The position numbers were made by a program, and so were the translations under genes. A stretch of DNA of 46,457 nucleotides from an uncultured Thermodesulfobacteriota bacterium (GTDB lineage: Bacteria > Desulfobacterota > WTBG01), in assembly GCA_964632275.1 (NCBI GenBank), contig CAZWCD010000001.1, positions 28,721-75,177 of the forward strand. The letters are read 5' to 3'. The notes below the pieces were generated by a model. The model was not told where the DNA came from. It was given only the letters and a program-made list of their open reading frames with translations, and did not search any database. The first letter of the stretch is position 1, and each line of letters opens with the position of its first letter. Below, one piece after another: positions 8,657 through 17,908 of this stretch.

Positions 8657-9012
8657 TCCTCCCTCCTCCTATGATAATGGTATGCACAAGAGTCATCAGC
8701 ATATCGCATGCCATGATGAAACAATTGTTACAACGAGCATGGATATGCAGTGCCATTATTTTAACTACTGGTAATGAAATAATTTTTTTAGAAGGGGAAG
8801 CGAGGGGCGTGGTTTAGTAATATGTATGAATAATAGTCAAAAATATGTTGTGTGACAAAATTTTGACTATTCATTAGCTGTATTTATTTCAAAAGGGTAC
8901 AGATCGGAGTGGCACGTACCGGGGCGGGATGAAGGCGGACGCGATTTGAGCCTGCAGGTCCCCTGCCCCAAATAGTGTCATGTATGACATGCAACAAGTA
9001 AGAGTTCGATGG

Positions 9013-9297
9013 TCAATGGCGGGTCAGTTCGGCAATAACGAAATCCTGCAGTCCATCCTCGTAATCGAGCACCAGCCCCTCCAGTCTTGATGCCAGGTGT
9101 GCCTGGATAAGCAACAACTTCAGACCTTCATGGGTCTTTACCACAAAATCACCCCGCTTTTCTTGGTCCAGTATCAGGTCGAGCTGGCGCGGCGCCTTGG
9201 GGTTAACCGTGATCCGGATGGCCATGCACGGATCATGGGTGTTTTCATGCAGGGCTTCAACCAGTTTTTCCTTTGCCTGGGGTGTTACAATCAGCAT
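9013..9297 (-). CDS. HesB/IscA-fold small protein lacking the cluster-ligating cysteines
   Basis: 94 aa. The pattern 'IVTPQAKEKL...MAIRITV...LDLILDQEKRGDFVVKTHEGLKLLL...LEGLVLDY...FVI' follows the IscA/HesB fold pattern, but the C-terminal CGC motif is absent. Confidence 0.5.
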   Translation of the reverse strand: MLIVTPQAKEKLVEALHENTHDPCMAIRITVNPKAPRQLDLILDQEKRGDFVVKTHEGLKLLLIQAHLASRLEGLVLDYEDGLQDFVIAELTRH

Positions 9298-9573
9298 AGT
9301 GCCCTCCGTTCAGGAGTGTTCCCGTGCCCCGGTGTGAGCCGGGCAGGGAGCGCATCAAAGATGGGGATCTTTCCCGTAGCACTATTACCAATCGACCGCA
9401 GTCAATAAACCTTTAATCTTTTCTTCAAAACCGGTGTTTTTCTCAGGCGCGCAGCACGTGCTGCACGATCGTGCAAGGGAACAGCTGGGGAAAATCCTGA
9501 TTGAGGCGGGGATTGCACAAGAGAAGGGCTTTGCAGTGCTGTTCACAATATACGTTGATTCAGTCTTGTCCAC

Positions 9574-9722
9574 AAACGAGATTGCCGCGCGCAGTTTATC
9601 CTGAGCGAAAAACGAGATTCTCGCGTTGCTCAGAATGACTAGCGAAGGGCTCGCAACAACAAAATAAAACAATGACGCGCAAATAGGGTCGTTGCGAGGA
9701 GCATAAGCGACGAAGCAATCTC
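9574..9722. repeat. cluster of degenerate short GC-rich repeat copies (GAGATTGC.../...GCAATCTC type)
   Basis: AAACGAGATTGCCGCGCGC (9574-), AAACGAGATTCTCGCGTTGCTCAGAATGAC (9609-) and the inverted copy GTCGTTGCGAGGAGCATAAGCGACGAAGCAATCTC (9688-9722). GGCTCGCAACAAC at about 9648 pairs with GTCGTTGCGAGG. Confidence 0.55.
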
Positions 9723-9861
9723 ATTAAAAAAGTTTCATTAAATCAAAAATAATGATCTTGACTTGGACACTAATGACGTTGATCCTCTGAGCGCCTTGTA
9801 AAGCACCCATTCCCGGACCAATCAGATGAATACGCCGGCGCCTCATTCCGCCAGGCTCAAA

Positions 9862-10044
9862 TCACTGAAGGCTGTTGAAAAACTCCACCATGTCCTGTTC
9901 CGCTATAAACCATCTTCCCATTGCCTTCTGCCCGCGGAGTCTGCCCTGCTTTATATAATTTCTGATGGTCACGGTGGTCACGTTGAGCTTTTGCGAAAGC
10001 TCGGAGACCGAGTACAGTATTTGTCCGCTTATGGTGATTGCCAT
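9862..10044 (-). CDS. excisionase-family (MerR-like) helix-turn-helix DNA-binding protein
   Basis: 60 aa counted from the ATG at 10044 (RBS GAGAGG). 'YSVSELSQKLNVTTVTIRNYIKQGRLRGQKAMGRWFI' matches the HTH_17 / excisionase-type pattern. Confidence 0.65.
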   Translation of the reverse strand: MAITISGQILYSVSELSQKLNVTTVTIRNYIKQGRLRGQKAMGRWFIAEQDMVEFFNSLQ

Positions 10045-10287
10045 ACTGTTACCTCTCACTACTATTACCCCCCTTCTTTCGATAAAGAAAGAACATATTT
10101 CCTTAAAAAAAGCAACCCCCGGCGGGAATATGGTTGGGGGCAGAGCAATGACGTCATTTCCTCAGAGCCTGGATAAAATCGCTCTATGGCAAACAATTGC
10201 CCATCACCCCACGGAGGAGAAGAATGGGGCAATGGGCATTGTCTGGCATATCCGGTCCGCGGGGACCTGACCTCATCAGAAGGCGGA

Positions 10288-12030
10288 TCACCGCTCAATA
10301 AACGTTTTAAGGTGCTCGCTCCGGGCCGGGTGTCGCATTTTCTGCAGCGCTTTCGCTTCAATCTGCCGTATTCGTTCCCTGGTCACATCCATGTCCGTGC
10401 CGACTTCCTCGAGGGTGCAATCGGCCTTTTCGCCCAGACCGAATCGCATCCGCAAGACTTTTTCTTCCTTGGCGCTCAGGGTGGAAAGCAGCTTTTCGGT
10501 ATATTCCTGCAGGCTCTTGTAAATCGCCGCTTTCCCCGGAGAGTCACTTTTCCTGTCCTCGATGTAATCATCCAGTGAAGTGCCCCCTGCATTGCCCACC
10601 GGCTCCGCCAGCGAGAGCGGAGGTTTCGCAACCCGCAGGATGCGCAGCACCTTTTCCACCGGGATCTCGATCCTTTGGGCGATCTCTTCCGGCGTGGGCT
10701 CCCTGCCGGATTCCTGAACCAGCGTCCGCGACGCCTTGATCAGCCGGTTTATGGTTTCAATCATGTGCACGGGTATGCGTATGGTGCGCGCCTGGTCGGC
10801 AATGGCCCGGGTGATCGCCTGCCTGATCCACCAGGTGGCGTAGGTGCTGAACTTGTAGCCGCGCCGGTATTCAAATTTATCAACCGCCCTGATGAGCCCG
10901 ATGTTGCCCTCCTGGATGAGGTCGAGGAACTGCAGCCCCCGGTTGGTATATTTCTTGGCCAGGCTAACCACCAGGCGCAAATTTGCCCTGACCAGTTCAT
11001 CCTTTGCCACCCTGATCTTGATCTCCCCTTCTTCGATGGATTTCACCGCCTTTTTTAAACCGGGGGCGTCAAGGGTGCACTCGGCTTCAATGCGCCTGAT
11101 TTTATGCTGCGCATTGTGTATCCTCTGCTCATACTCCGGCACTTCAGGCGCCTGAACACCGGCAGACCGGTCCGGCTGCTTCTCCCGCTTCATGCCCTGT
11201 CTCAACTGCCTGCGACACTGCCTGATCTGCCCGAGCGACAAACCCGACTTCTCCACGCAGCGGGCAATCTCCCCTTCCGCCACTTCCAGTGCTTCAGCCA
11301 GCCGCTTTAATTTCTGGGTAATATGCCCGATCTGGCCCTTATGCAGATTAATGCCCTGGAGCAGGTTGACAATAGTTTCGCCGGTCTCATTGATGGTGCG
11401 CAGGAGCGCCCGCTGCCGGTTCACGGGTATGGTCTTTTGATCAAGCCGTCGCTTGAGCAGCGCTCTTTTCTGATCATACTTTTTGATCTTTTCGATCAAG
11501 CAGAGCACCTTGCGGGTATAGTACCCTTCATCAATTTCCATCTCATCATCGTCCAGCCCGTTGACAATCGCCCGCACGGAAATCTCGGCCGCCGTCAGCC
11601 GTTTTCCTATGCGTATAACTTCACTGACCGTCAGAGGGGTATTCACAATCACCCGCGCAATATCTCTTTCACCTTCCTCCACCCGCTTTACAATTTCAAC
11701 TTCCCGCTCCCGATCAATCAGCGATATGGGGCGGATCTGCTGCAGATACATCACCAGCGGATCGTCGGTTGATTCGGCAGATTCCGTCTCAAGCTCTTCT
11801 TCAGTATCTTCATCGAATTGCTCCGGGTTGTTTTGCCCGGCAGTCCATGAATTCTGCCCATTCCTCGTCCCGCCAGGGACGGTCAAATCCCGGTCATCGG
11901 CTCCCATAAGCAAATTATCAATCAAAACATTTTCCGGCAGGGAAACATCAGCGGGTTCATCCACCGCCAGTCCAGCAGAACCTTTCTTTACGGTCACAGA
12001 TTTGTCCCTTAGATTGGTTTGCTTTTTCAA
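10288..12030 (-). CDS. rpoD: RNA polymerase primary sigma factor RpoD
   Basis: Region 2 '[32 protein letters not shown]' and region 4.2 '[30 protein letters not shown]'. Start set to the TTG at 12030, preceded by AAGGAG 7 nt upstream. The 34 extra Cys/Tyr-rich codons in the ORF track look non-native. Confidence 0.93.
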   Translation of the reverse strand: MKKQTNLRDKSVTVKKGSAGLAVDEPADVSLPENVLIDNLLMGADDRDLTVPGGTRNGQNSWTAGQNNPEQFDEDTEEELETESAESTDDPLVMYLQQIRPISLIDREREVEIVKRVEEGERDIARVIVNTPLTVSEVIRIGKRLTAAEISVRAIVNGLDDDEMEIDEGYYTRKVLCLIEKIKKYDQKRALLKRRLDQKTIPVNRQRALLRTINETGETIVNLLQGINLHKGQIGHITQKLKRLAEALEVAEGEIARCVEKSGLSLGQIRQCRRQLRQGMKREKQPDRSAGVQAPEVPEYEQRIHNAQHKIRRIEAECTLDAPGLKKAVKSIEEGEIKIRVAKDELVRANLRLVVSLAKKYTNRGLQFLDLIQEGNIGLIRAVDKFEYRRGYKFSTYATWWIRQAITRAIADQARTIRIPVHMIETINRLIKASRTLVQESGREPTPEEIAQRIEIPVEKVLRILRVAKPPLSLAEPVGNAGGTSLDDYIEDRKSDSPGKAAIYKSLQEYTEKLLSTLSAKEEKVLRMRFGLGEKADCTLEEVGTDMDVTRERIRQIEAKALQKMRHPARSEHLKTFIER

Positions 12031-12440
12031 GTAGCTGCTCCTTTTGATGTTAGGATTTATATGGGAGTGACAAACCCAACAATAAAGGTTGACGACATAG
12101 CAATAACATTCGTTAAGCAATCCTAATACCAAGAATATAATTTGTATTATTATTGGCTTTATAATAATTAAGATATTGATTTATATTGTTAATTATTAAG
12201 GTGTCGTAAAATCAAACTGGTGAATGAAGTACCCTGTTTTGCTCTTTTACGTCCATGAAAATCCCGCATTGTAAAAATGTTAGGAATAACAGTAGATTAC
12301 GCCTGCACCCTCGCGCACAAACCATGCATATCGAACCCCTGATTGCGTATATAGTTATTTTTAATGGGATAATTTTTTCAGATTCCCTGACATTGCCAAG
12401 AGGAAGCGGTGGCATCGATGATGTAAAAGGACTTATAAAT

Positions 12441-12468
12441 GTAAGGGCGACCGGCCGGTCGCCCTTAC
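12441..12468. terminator. perfect 14-bp-arm GC-rich palindrome (possible second or bidirectional terminator)
   Basis: GTAAGGGCGACCGG/CCGGTCGCCCTTAC with no spacer, in the rpoD / hdr-operon intergenic region. Confidence 0.35.
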
Positions 12469-12480
12469 ACGGTTTGCAAG

Positions 12481-12518
12481 AAATTAAAACCCCTCGAACC
12501 TATGGCAAGGTGAGGGGT
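12481..12518 (-). terminator. intrinsic terminator candidate for the hdr...moaD-like operon
   Basis: On the minus strand: ACCCCTC-ACCT-tgccat-AGGT-tc-GAGGGGT followed by TTTAATTTCTT. It lies about 160 nt downstream of the MoaD-like stop. Confidence 0.5.
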
Positions 12519-12679
12519 CTCAATATAAAGTGCGCATTCAGAAGAGAACGAGATTTCTTACCGCTGCTGTTTGTTGAAAAAGGTTATGCGGGGTTTAGGG
12601 TGCAGAACTCCTTGTTTTGCTTATTTCTTCCGGCTACCGTTTTCAATCTGCAATCCGCATTCCGAAATCCGCAATAATC

Positions 12680-12964
12680 TTATCCCCCGTCAAAGGGAAG
12701 CATGATGGTAACGGTATCGCCCGCTCGAAGCGGGGTGGAAAGATCCGCCACGGAACGGCAGGTTTTGTCATTGACCAGCATTAAAAAGGGAACAATCGCC
12801 CCGGTGGTTCTGTCCTTTATCTGACGCTCAAAGGCCTTCCCGTAGGCCCGGCACAAATCATCCAGCAGGTATCCCAGGGTGGCGTCGTCTTTCGTCTCAT
12901 GCTCAATTTCCGGTTTACCCACAATGTCCCGCAAAGTGGCAAAGGTTTTAATCTTCAGTTTCAT
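12680..12964 (-). CDS. MoaD/ThiS-family ubiquitin-like small protein (C-terminal Gly-Gly)
   Basis: 94 aa. 'MKLKIKTFATLRDIVG...' beta-grasp pattern, ending in '...TIMLPFDGG' as sulfur-carrier proteins do. Confidence 0.75.
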   Translation of the reverse strand: MKLKIKTFATLRDIVGKPEIEHETKDDATLGYLLDDLCRAYGKAFERQIKDRTTGAIVPFLMLVNDKTCRSVADLSTPLRAGDTVTIMLPFDGG

Positions 12965-13023
12965 CGGGATCTCCGCTCCGCCTGCTGTTCACCGCGTTTG
13001 TGATCGGTTGAAGCATCCATCCA

Positions 13024-14076
13024 TCAGGCCAGCCGGTCCGCCAGAAAGCTGGTGATGTCCTGCACCGCAACCTTAAACTCTTTCAGCGGGGGCTTCTCGT
13101 TCAGCACACAATTAAGGTGCGCCAGGCATTTGGTGCAGGCAGTCAGCAGTGTGGCCGCGCCGGTCTGCTCGGCCTCTTCAAGCTTCTTGACCAGAAGCGC
13201 CTTGGATTCGGTTGAACATCCAAGCCAGGCGGAGATGCCGCAGCACTGGCAGTCCTCGCGGCTGTTTTCCAGCTCGGCCACCCGCACTCCCTTCACCGAG
13301 GCGAGGAGGTTGCGCGGGGGATCAAAGACCTGCAGGTGCCTGCCCAGCCGGCAGGGATCGTGATAGGTGACCGTTCCCTCTCCCTTGAAGGAAAGCTTGC
13401 CGAGGTGGCGCTCCAGAAACTGGCTGATGTGCAGCACTTCGACATCCAGGGAATAGTCGACGGCAAAAGTGCGGGTGCATTCGGCGCAGCTGGCCACCAG
13501 GGTCTTGATGCCGCTCTCCTGAATCGCCCGGGTGTTGAGCCGGCGCAGCCCGTCAAATGCCTCCTGGTCGCCCTGCCACAGCTCGTCATGGCCGCAGCAC
13601 TTAAGGCCCATCACCCGCGGGGTCACCCCTGCCGCGTTCATCAGCTTTAATGCCGACTCCCCGATGGGGCGAAAGCTGGTGCCCACCTCCAGGAACGAAT
13701 CAAGAAAATCAATGCAGCCGGGGAAGTATCCCACCGGACTGGTGTCATCGCGCTCGCCCTTGAAATCGGTGGGCACGCCGCTCTTCCCGGGAAAGGTGAG
13801 CATCAGCCGGGAGACCAGATTGAACACCGACTTGTGGGCGATGCAGTCAACCTTCGGCTTCCGGCCCCGCCGCGCGTCTCGCATAAAATCGAGGTATCCC
13901 ACGCCCTGGGGACAGTACTGGGAGCACTGGCCGCAGGTCAGGCACGACCAGAGGTCGATCCCCTGCTGCGCCAGCAGCGTCTTTTCCAGGTCGCGACGGG
14001 GTGAATACTTGCTCACCAGCCGCTTGGGGCAGATGCCGGTGCAGAGGCCGCATTGATAACAGGATGTGATGCTCAT
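13024..14076 (-). CDS. HdrD-like Fe-S oxidoreductase (HdrC-type 2x[4Fe-4S] N-terminus fused to two CCG domains)
   Basis: 'CYQCGLCTGICP' and 'CLTCGQCSQYCP', then CCG motifs 'LKCCGHD' and 'CQCCGISAW'. Its start overlaps the upstream stop (ATGA at 14073-14076). Confidence 0.8.
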   Translation of the reverse strand: MSITSCYQCGLCTGICPKRLVSKYSPRRDLEKTLLAQQGIDLWSCLTCGQCSQYCPQGVGYLDFMRDARRGRKPKVDCIAHKSVFNLVSRLMLTFPGKSGVPTDFKGERDDTSPVGYFPGCIDFLDSFLEVGTSFRPIGESALKLMNAAGVTPRVMGLKCCGHDELWQGDQEAFDGLRRLNTRAIQESGIKTLVASCAECTRTFAVDYSLDVEVLHISQFLERHLGKLSFKGEGTVTYHDPCRLGRHLQVFDPPRNLLASVKGVRVAELENSREDCQCCGISAWLGCSTESKALLVKKLEEAEQTGAATLLTACTKCLAHLNCVLNEKPPLKEFKVAVQDITSFLADRLA

Positions 14077-15083
14077 GGTTTTATGTCACCTGCACATGCC
14101 CGTGCTTCGAGCGCGCTCGCGCTTGCCTCGGCCAGGCAGAGGGGAATGTCCTTCATGCCGCTGGCCGCACCCGCGACATAGACCCCCGCGGCGGTGGTGG
14201 TCACCGGTGGTTCCGCAATCGCAAAGAAGCCCAGGTCAGTGAGCGGCAGGTGGAATTGGGCCGCCAGCTCACCGGTCCCCGCCGGGGGAACTCCCCCGAT
14301 GGCAAGGACCACCAAATCGGACCGGAGCGTTTGTGATTCTCCGGTAAGGGTGTTTTCCAACTCAAGGGTTAGGCAGTCCTCTGAGGCAGTCACCCCGGAA
14401 ACGCGCGACCGTATAAACCGGATGCCCTGCTCCCGCGCCTCGGTATACAGGTGTTCGTAGAGGTACGGGGTGCGGATGTCCATGTAGAGAATGTTTATCT
14501 CGGCCCCGGGGTACAGCGCTTTTAATGCCAGGGCTTCTTTGATGGCATAGGTGCAGCAGAAGTATGAACAGTAGCGATTGGTCCTGCGGTCCCGCGATCC
14601 CACGCACTGCAGAAAGGAGATTCTCCCCGGCGCGGTTCCCTGCGATGGCCGCAGCACCCTGCCGTTACTCATCATCTCTTCCAGCTCAAAGGCAGTGATC
14701 ACGTCTTTCAGGCGTCCGTACCCGTACTCCTCAATGACCGCGGGGCCAAAGGGATCAAATCCGGTTGTCAGCACCACGCCGCGCACCTCAAGGGCAGCGC
14801 CGTTTCCTGACAGCTCTATGCGATAGCCGGACGGCAGCGCGGTCACCCGCGCTATCTGTCCGCCGGTTATCACCTCAATATTTTCTTTTGCGATCATGGT
14901 CCGGATGGCGTTGAGCAGATCGGCCGCCGAGTCCCCCTTCGGGAACAGCTTATGGAGGCGTCTCAATTTACCCCCCAGTTCTCCTTCCCGCTCCAGCAGC
15001 GTAACCCTGCCGCCCAGCCGGGAGAGATCCAGGGCCGCCTGCATTCCGGTAATCCCGCCGCCCACCACCAAAAAGCTATTCAT
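14073..15083 (-). CDS. hdrA: short HdrA-like FAD/Fe-S protein (paralog 2)
   Basis: 336 aa. 'LVVGGGITGMQAALDL' dinucleotide fold and the HdrA cluster signature 'FLQCVGSRD...YCSYFCCTYA'. Lacks the ferredoxin and N-terminal HdrA domains. Confidence 0.8.
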   Translation of the reverse strand: MNSFLVVGGGITGMQAALDLSRLGGRVTLLEREGELGGKLRRLHKLFPKGDSAADLLNAIRTMIAKENIEVITGGQIARVTALPSGYRIELSGNGAALEVRGVVLTTGFDPFGPAVIEEYGYGRLKDVITAFELEEMMSNGRVLRPSQGTAPGRISFLQCVGSRDRRTNRYCSYFCCTYAIKEALALKALYPGAEINILYMDIRTPYLYEHLYTEAREQGIRFIRSRVSGVTASEDCLTLELENTLTGESQTLRSDLVVLAIGGVPPAGTGELAAQFHLPLTDLGFFAIAEPPVTTTAAGVYVAGAASGMKDIPLCLAEASASALEARACAGDIKP

Positions 15084-15129
15084 GGCTTCCGTTTGTAATC
15101 CCGTCGCCTTCCCGGAGCAGACAATCTAC

Positions 15130-15999
15130 TCAGGCAGGCTTGCACTTTTCCAGCAGCGCGCTGGTTTTGATTTTATGCCCCGTGTCCAGCCCCAGCTCCT
15201 TCGCCGGGATGCCCAGCGCCAGGCCGAGCAGCTGGGTGTAAAACACCACCGGGGTGTTCAGAGTCTTGTTGAATTTTCGCTTGGCCATCACCTGCCCCAG
15301 GTCCAGCTGCCTGAAGCAGCCCGGGCAGTTGACAATGATGGCATCCACCGCCCCTTTCTGTTCCACCGCCTTCACCGCGAAGGCATAGGAGGAATCCTGG
15401 TTGTGCGGCAGCAGCAATGAGCCGCAGCAGTGCTCAAATCCCCGGGGCGGCACGGTGCGCGCGGTGGTCGCCTGCACCATGTCCTCCAGCTTGCGGGGAT
15501 AGGCCGCCTGGTCAAAATGGAGCACGTCGCTCGGCTTCACCAGGTGGCAGCCGTTGTGGCAGCCGATGGCGCAGCCGCTTAAGTCCAGCTTGTTCCGCTT
15601 CCTGATCGCCTCCAGCCCGATGACATCATAGAGTATCTGATGAAAGTGGTACACCCGGGCCTTTCCCTGCACGGCCAGGCCGATTTCCTTCAGGACGGCA
15701 TTGACCTTGTTGCGCACATCTTCCTGTTCCAGCTGATGGGCGGCCTTGCTCAGCGTCCCGAAGCAGCCGTTGCAAAGGGTTACGATGTCCAGGCCCCGGG
15801 CCTCGGCCAGGGCGATATTACGGGCGGCAAAGGCGAGCATGGTGAACCCGTCGATGGGTCCGGCCAGCACCCCGCAGCAGCCAAAATCCTCTATATCAGC
15901 GATGGAGATGTCCAGCTCCTTCATCACCGCCCGGGCCGACAGCTCGTAGTTGGGCGCCTGGAGCGGAATCACACATCCCGGATAAAAGGCGTAGCTCAT
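15130..15999 (-). CDS. hdrB: heterodisulfide reductase subunit B-like (two CCG domains)
   Basis: 289 aa. 'YAFYPGC...FGCCGV' and 'HCCGSLL' CCG-type motifs. Start abuts the hdrC stop. Confidence 0.85.
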   Translation of the reverse strand: MSYAFYPGCVIPLQAPNYELSARAVMKELDISIADIEDFGCCGVLAGPIDGFTMLAFAARNIALAEARGLDIVTLCNGCFGTLSKAAHQLEQEDVRNKVNAVLKEIGLAVQGKARVYHFHQILYDVIGLEAIRKRNKLDLSGCAIGCHNGCHLVKPSDVLHFDQAAYPRKLEDMVQATTARTVPPRGFEHCCGSLLLPHNQDSSYAFAVKAVEQKGAVDAIIVNCPGCFRQLDLGQVMAKRKFNKTLNTPVVFYTQLLGLALGIPAKELGLDTGHKIKTSALLEKCKPA

Positions 16000-16458
16000 T
16001 TACAATCCCTTGCTGAATCCGGTCAGCGCGGCAACCTTTTTATAGTCCTCGGAAACATTCTCCTTCAGGGGAGGGAGCCCGAAGGCCTGCCGCTGATTTC
16101 TGGCGGCGCTGGTGATCTCGCTGTTGCGGCCGCACTTGAGCAGTATTCGGTTCATGTCCTTGATCGATTCCGGCGCAAGACCTTTGGCATAGGCGATGTT
16201 GGTGGCCGCCTGCACCTGGTAGAGCGGCTTCACCTTTTGCGGACAGCGCTCATAACAGTTGTAGCAGGTGGTGCAGTACCAGAGTGCGGGATCGGCAAGG
16301 TCAATCTCCCCGTCCATGATCCGCTTCACGATGGCCCGGACATTAAATTCCGGCAGATAGCGGTTGACCGGGCACCCGCCGGTGCAGGTTCCGCACTGGT
16401 AGCACTCGTAGAGGTTATCGGTGCCGTAATACGTGTGCAGTTCGGGCCGCAGATCCAT
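16000..16458 (-). CDS. hdrC: heterodisulfide reductase subunit C-like (2x[4Fe-4S])
   Basis: 152 aa. 'CYQCGTCTGGCP' and 'CTTCYNCYERCP'. Confidence 0.85.
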   Translation of the reverse strand: MDLRPELHTYYGTDNLYECYQCGTCTGGCPVNRYLPEFNVRAIVKRIMDGEIDLADPALWYCTTCYNCYERCPQKVKPLYQVQAATNIAYAKGLAPESIKDMNRILLKCGRNSEITSAARNQRQAFGLPPLKENVSEDYKKVAALTGFSKGL

Positions 16459-16464
16459 ACCCGT

Positions 16465-17481
16465 CTACTCCTTGCAGATAATGGCCGCCTGTGCCGCGGC
16501 GGCCGTGCCCTCGGCCAGACAGGCCCGTATGTCCTTGGGGCCGCCGGCCGCGCCGGCCACAAAAACCCCTTTGGCCCGGGTAAACACCGGGGCCGGCTCA
16601 CAGGCAAAGAACCCTGATTCCTCGGTTGCAATCCCAAGCGTTTCGGCCATGGATGCCGCGTCGCGCGGAGGCTCCGCGCCGACCGAGAGAACCACCATGT
16701 CCGTCTCCATGAAGCGCAGCGCGCCGTCAAGGGTGTCCTCGTACTGAACGGTCAGCCCGCCGTTCTCCCGCCTGGGCCGCACCGCGGCGGGCTTGCTCCG
16801 GATGAAGCCGATGCCCTTGCGGCGGGCGGTTTCATACTCCAGCTCGGCGCAAAACGGGGTGCGAATGTCCATGTACAGCACCTCCACCCGGCAGCGGGGA
16901 ATCCGCTCCTTGACCTGCAGGGCCAGGTGAACCGCGTACATGCAGCAAAACGCGGAGCAGTAGGTGTGGGTGCGCAGCTCGCGCGAGCCGATGCACTGGA
17001 TGAAGGCCAGCGCGCCCGGCTGCTCGCCGTTTGAGTTTCTGAGCAACCTGTCCCCCTTGAGATTGTCCGCCAGCTCCACGGCGGTAATCACGTCCGGGTG
17101 CCTGCCGAACGCGTAGTGCTTCATGCCTGCGGGATTAAACGGGGTAAAGCCGGTGGCCAGAATGATCGAACGGCACTCCACCTCGCGTGTTCCCTCCGGG
17201 TTCTTGAGCGATGCCTTGAACCGGGGATAGGCACCCCCCAGCGAGATAATCTCGGTGCCGGTGAGCACGGTGACCCGGGATGAGGAAGCGATTGCCTGCG
17301 CCCGTTGTTCGATCAGTTCCGGGGCCGGCGTCCCGCCCCCGAAGGTTGCCCCCAGGGACTTGAGGTTGCCGCCCAACCGATCCTCGCGCTCCGCCAGGAT
17401 AACCGCTATTCCCACGCGCGCCAGGCTGGCTGCTGCCTGCAAACCGGTAATCCCGCCGCCCACCACAAGCACGCTACTCAC
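16465..17481 (-). CDS. hdrA: short HdrA-like FAD/Fe-S protein (paralog 1)
   Basis: 338 aa, GTG start. 'LVVGGGITGLQAAASL' and 'FIQCIGSRE...YCSAFCCMYA'. Its start overlaps the TAG of the read-through mvhD by 8 nt. Confidence 0.8.
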   Translation of the reverse strand: MSSVLVVGGGITGLQAAASLARVGIAVILAEREDRLGGNLKSLGATFGGGTPAPELIEQRAQAIASSSRVTVLTGTEIISLGGAYPRFKASLKNPEGTREVECRSIILATGFTPFNPAGMKHYAFGRHPDVITAVELADNLKGDRLLRNSNGEQPGALAFIQCIGSRELRTHTYCSAFCCMYAVHLALQVKERIPRCRVEVLYMDIRTPFCAELEYETARRKGIGFIRSKPAAVRPRRENGGLTVQYEDTLDGALRFMETDMVVLSVGAEPPRDAASMAETLGIATEESGFFACEPAPVFTRAKGVFVAGAAGGPKDIRACLAEGTAAAAQAAIICKE

Positions 17482-17908
17482 TGGCCGGCACTCCTTCCCG
17501 TTTCATGGGCCCCAGGCCCTTGAGATCTTCAGTAAAATCGCGCATCACCTCGGCGAACTTCCCCCCTTCCGAGGCGGATATCCACTCAAGGCGGAAGCGC
17601 GCCGTCTCGATGCCCATCTGCTCCAGATAGCGGGTGGCGTTCTTTATTCTTCTCTCGGCGTTATAATTACCATCCTGGTAATGACATTCGCCGAGGTGTC
17701 ACCCGGCCACCAGCACCCCGTCGGCGCCGTCGATGAACGCGCGCAGGATCATGGTGGGGTCGATGCGGCTCGAGCACATGACCCGGATGATCCGCGCCGT
17801 GGCGGGATACTGCAGTCGGCTCACGCCGGCCAGGTCGGCGCCGGCATAGCTGCACCAGTTGCAGCAGAACGCGACGATGCGGGGAGTGAAGTTGTGCTGT
17901 TCATTCAT
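17474..17908 (-). CDS. mvhD: MvhD-type (methyl-viologen-reducing hydrogenase delta) protein, probable selenoprotein (UGA at codon 70)
   Basis: ATG at 17908 ('[28 protein letters not shown]...'). In-frame TGA at 17699-17701. Read-through gives 74 more codons ('[13 protein letters not shown]...[17 protein letters not shown]') that align with the Cys-containing MvhD domain of 21855..24290. TAG at 17474-17476. This fills an otherwise empty 217-nt gap in the operon. Confidence 0.8.
17654..17695 (-). promoter_or_regulatory. SECIS-like stem-loop downstream of the mvhD UGA
   Basis: mRNA: UGA-CAC-CUCGGCG-AAUGUC-AUUACCA-GGA-UGGUAAU-UAUAA-CGCCGAG. Two perfect 7-bp helices separated by an internal loop. 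The structure starts 3 nt after the UGA and has a G-rich apical loop. Confidence 0.55.

Noticed and set aside
9385-9672. 95-aa minus-strand ORF in the repeat-containing gap
   Set aside because: It spans the degenerate repeat copies, has no RBS or motif, and has an odd Cys/Ser/Phe-rich composition. It is probably not a gene.
9862-10044. Excisionase-family HTH gene as a marker of a prophage or integrative element
   Set aside because: I could find no integrase, no phage or conjugation genes, no flanking tRNA, and no att-like direct repeats in the window. It may be a stand-alone regulator or a remnant.
12031-12132. N-terminal extension of rpoD starting at 12132
   Set aside because: The extension ([24 protein letters not shown]...) is AT-rich and unlike any sigma-70 region 1. 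The TTG at 12030 has a well-spaced AAGGAG RBS.
12255-12677. 140-aa plus-strand ORF between rpoD and the MoaD-like gene
   Set aside because: It runs through the AT-rich promoter region and both terminator hairpins, and it ends in a low-complexity ...AATCCGCA... repeat. It shows no coding signal.
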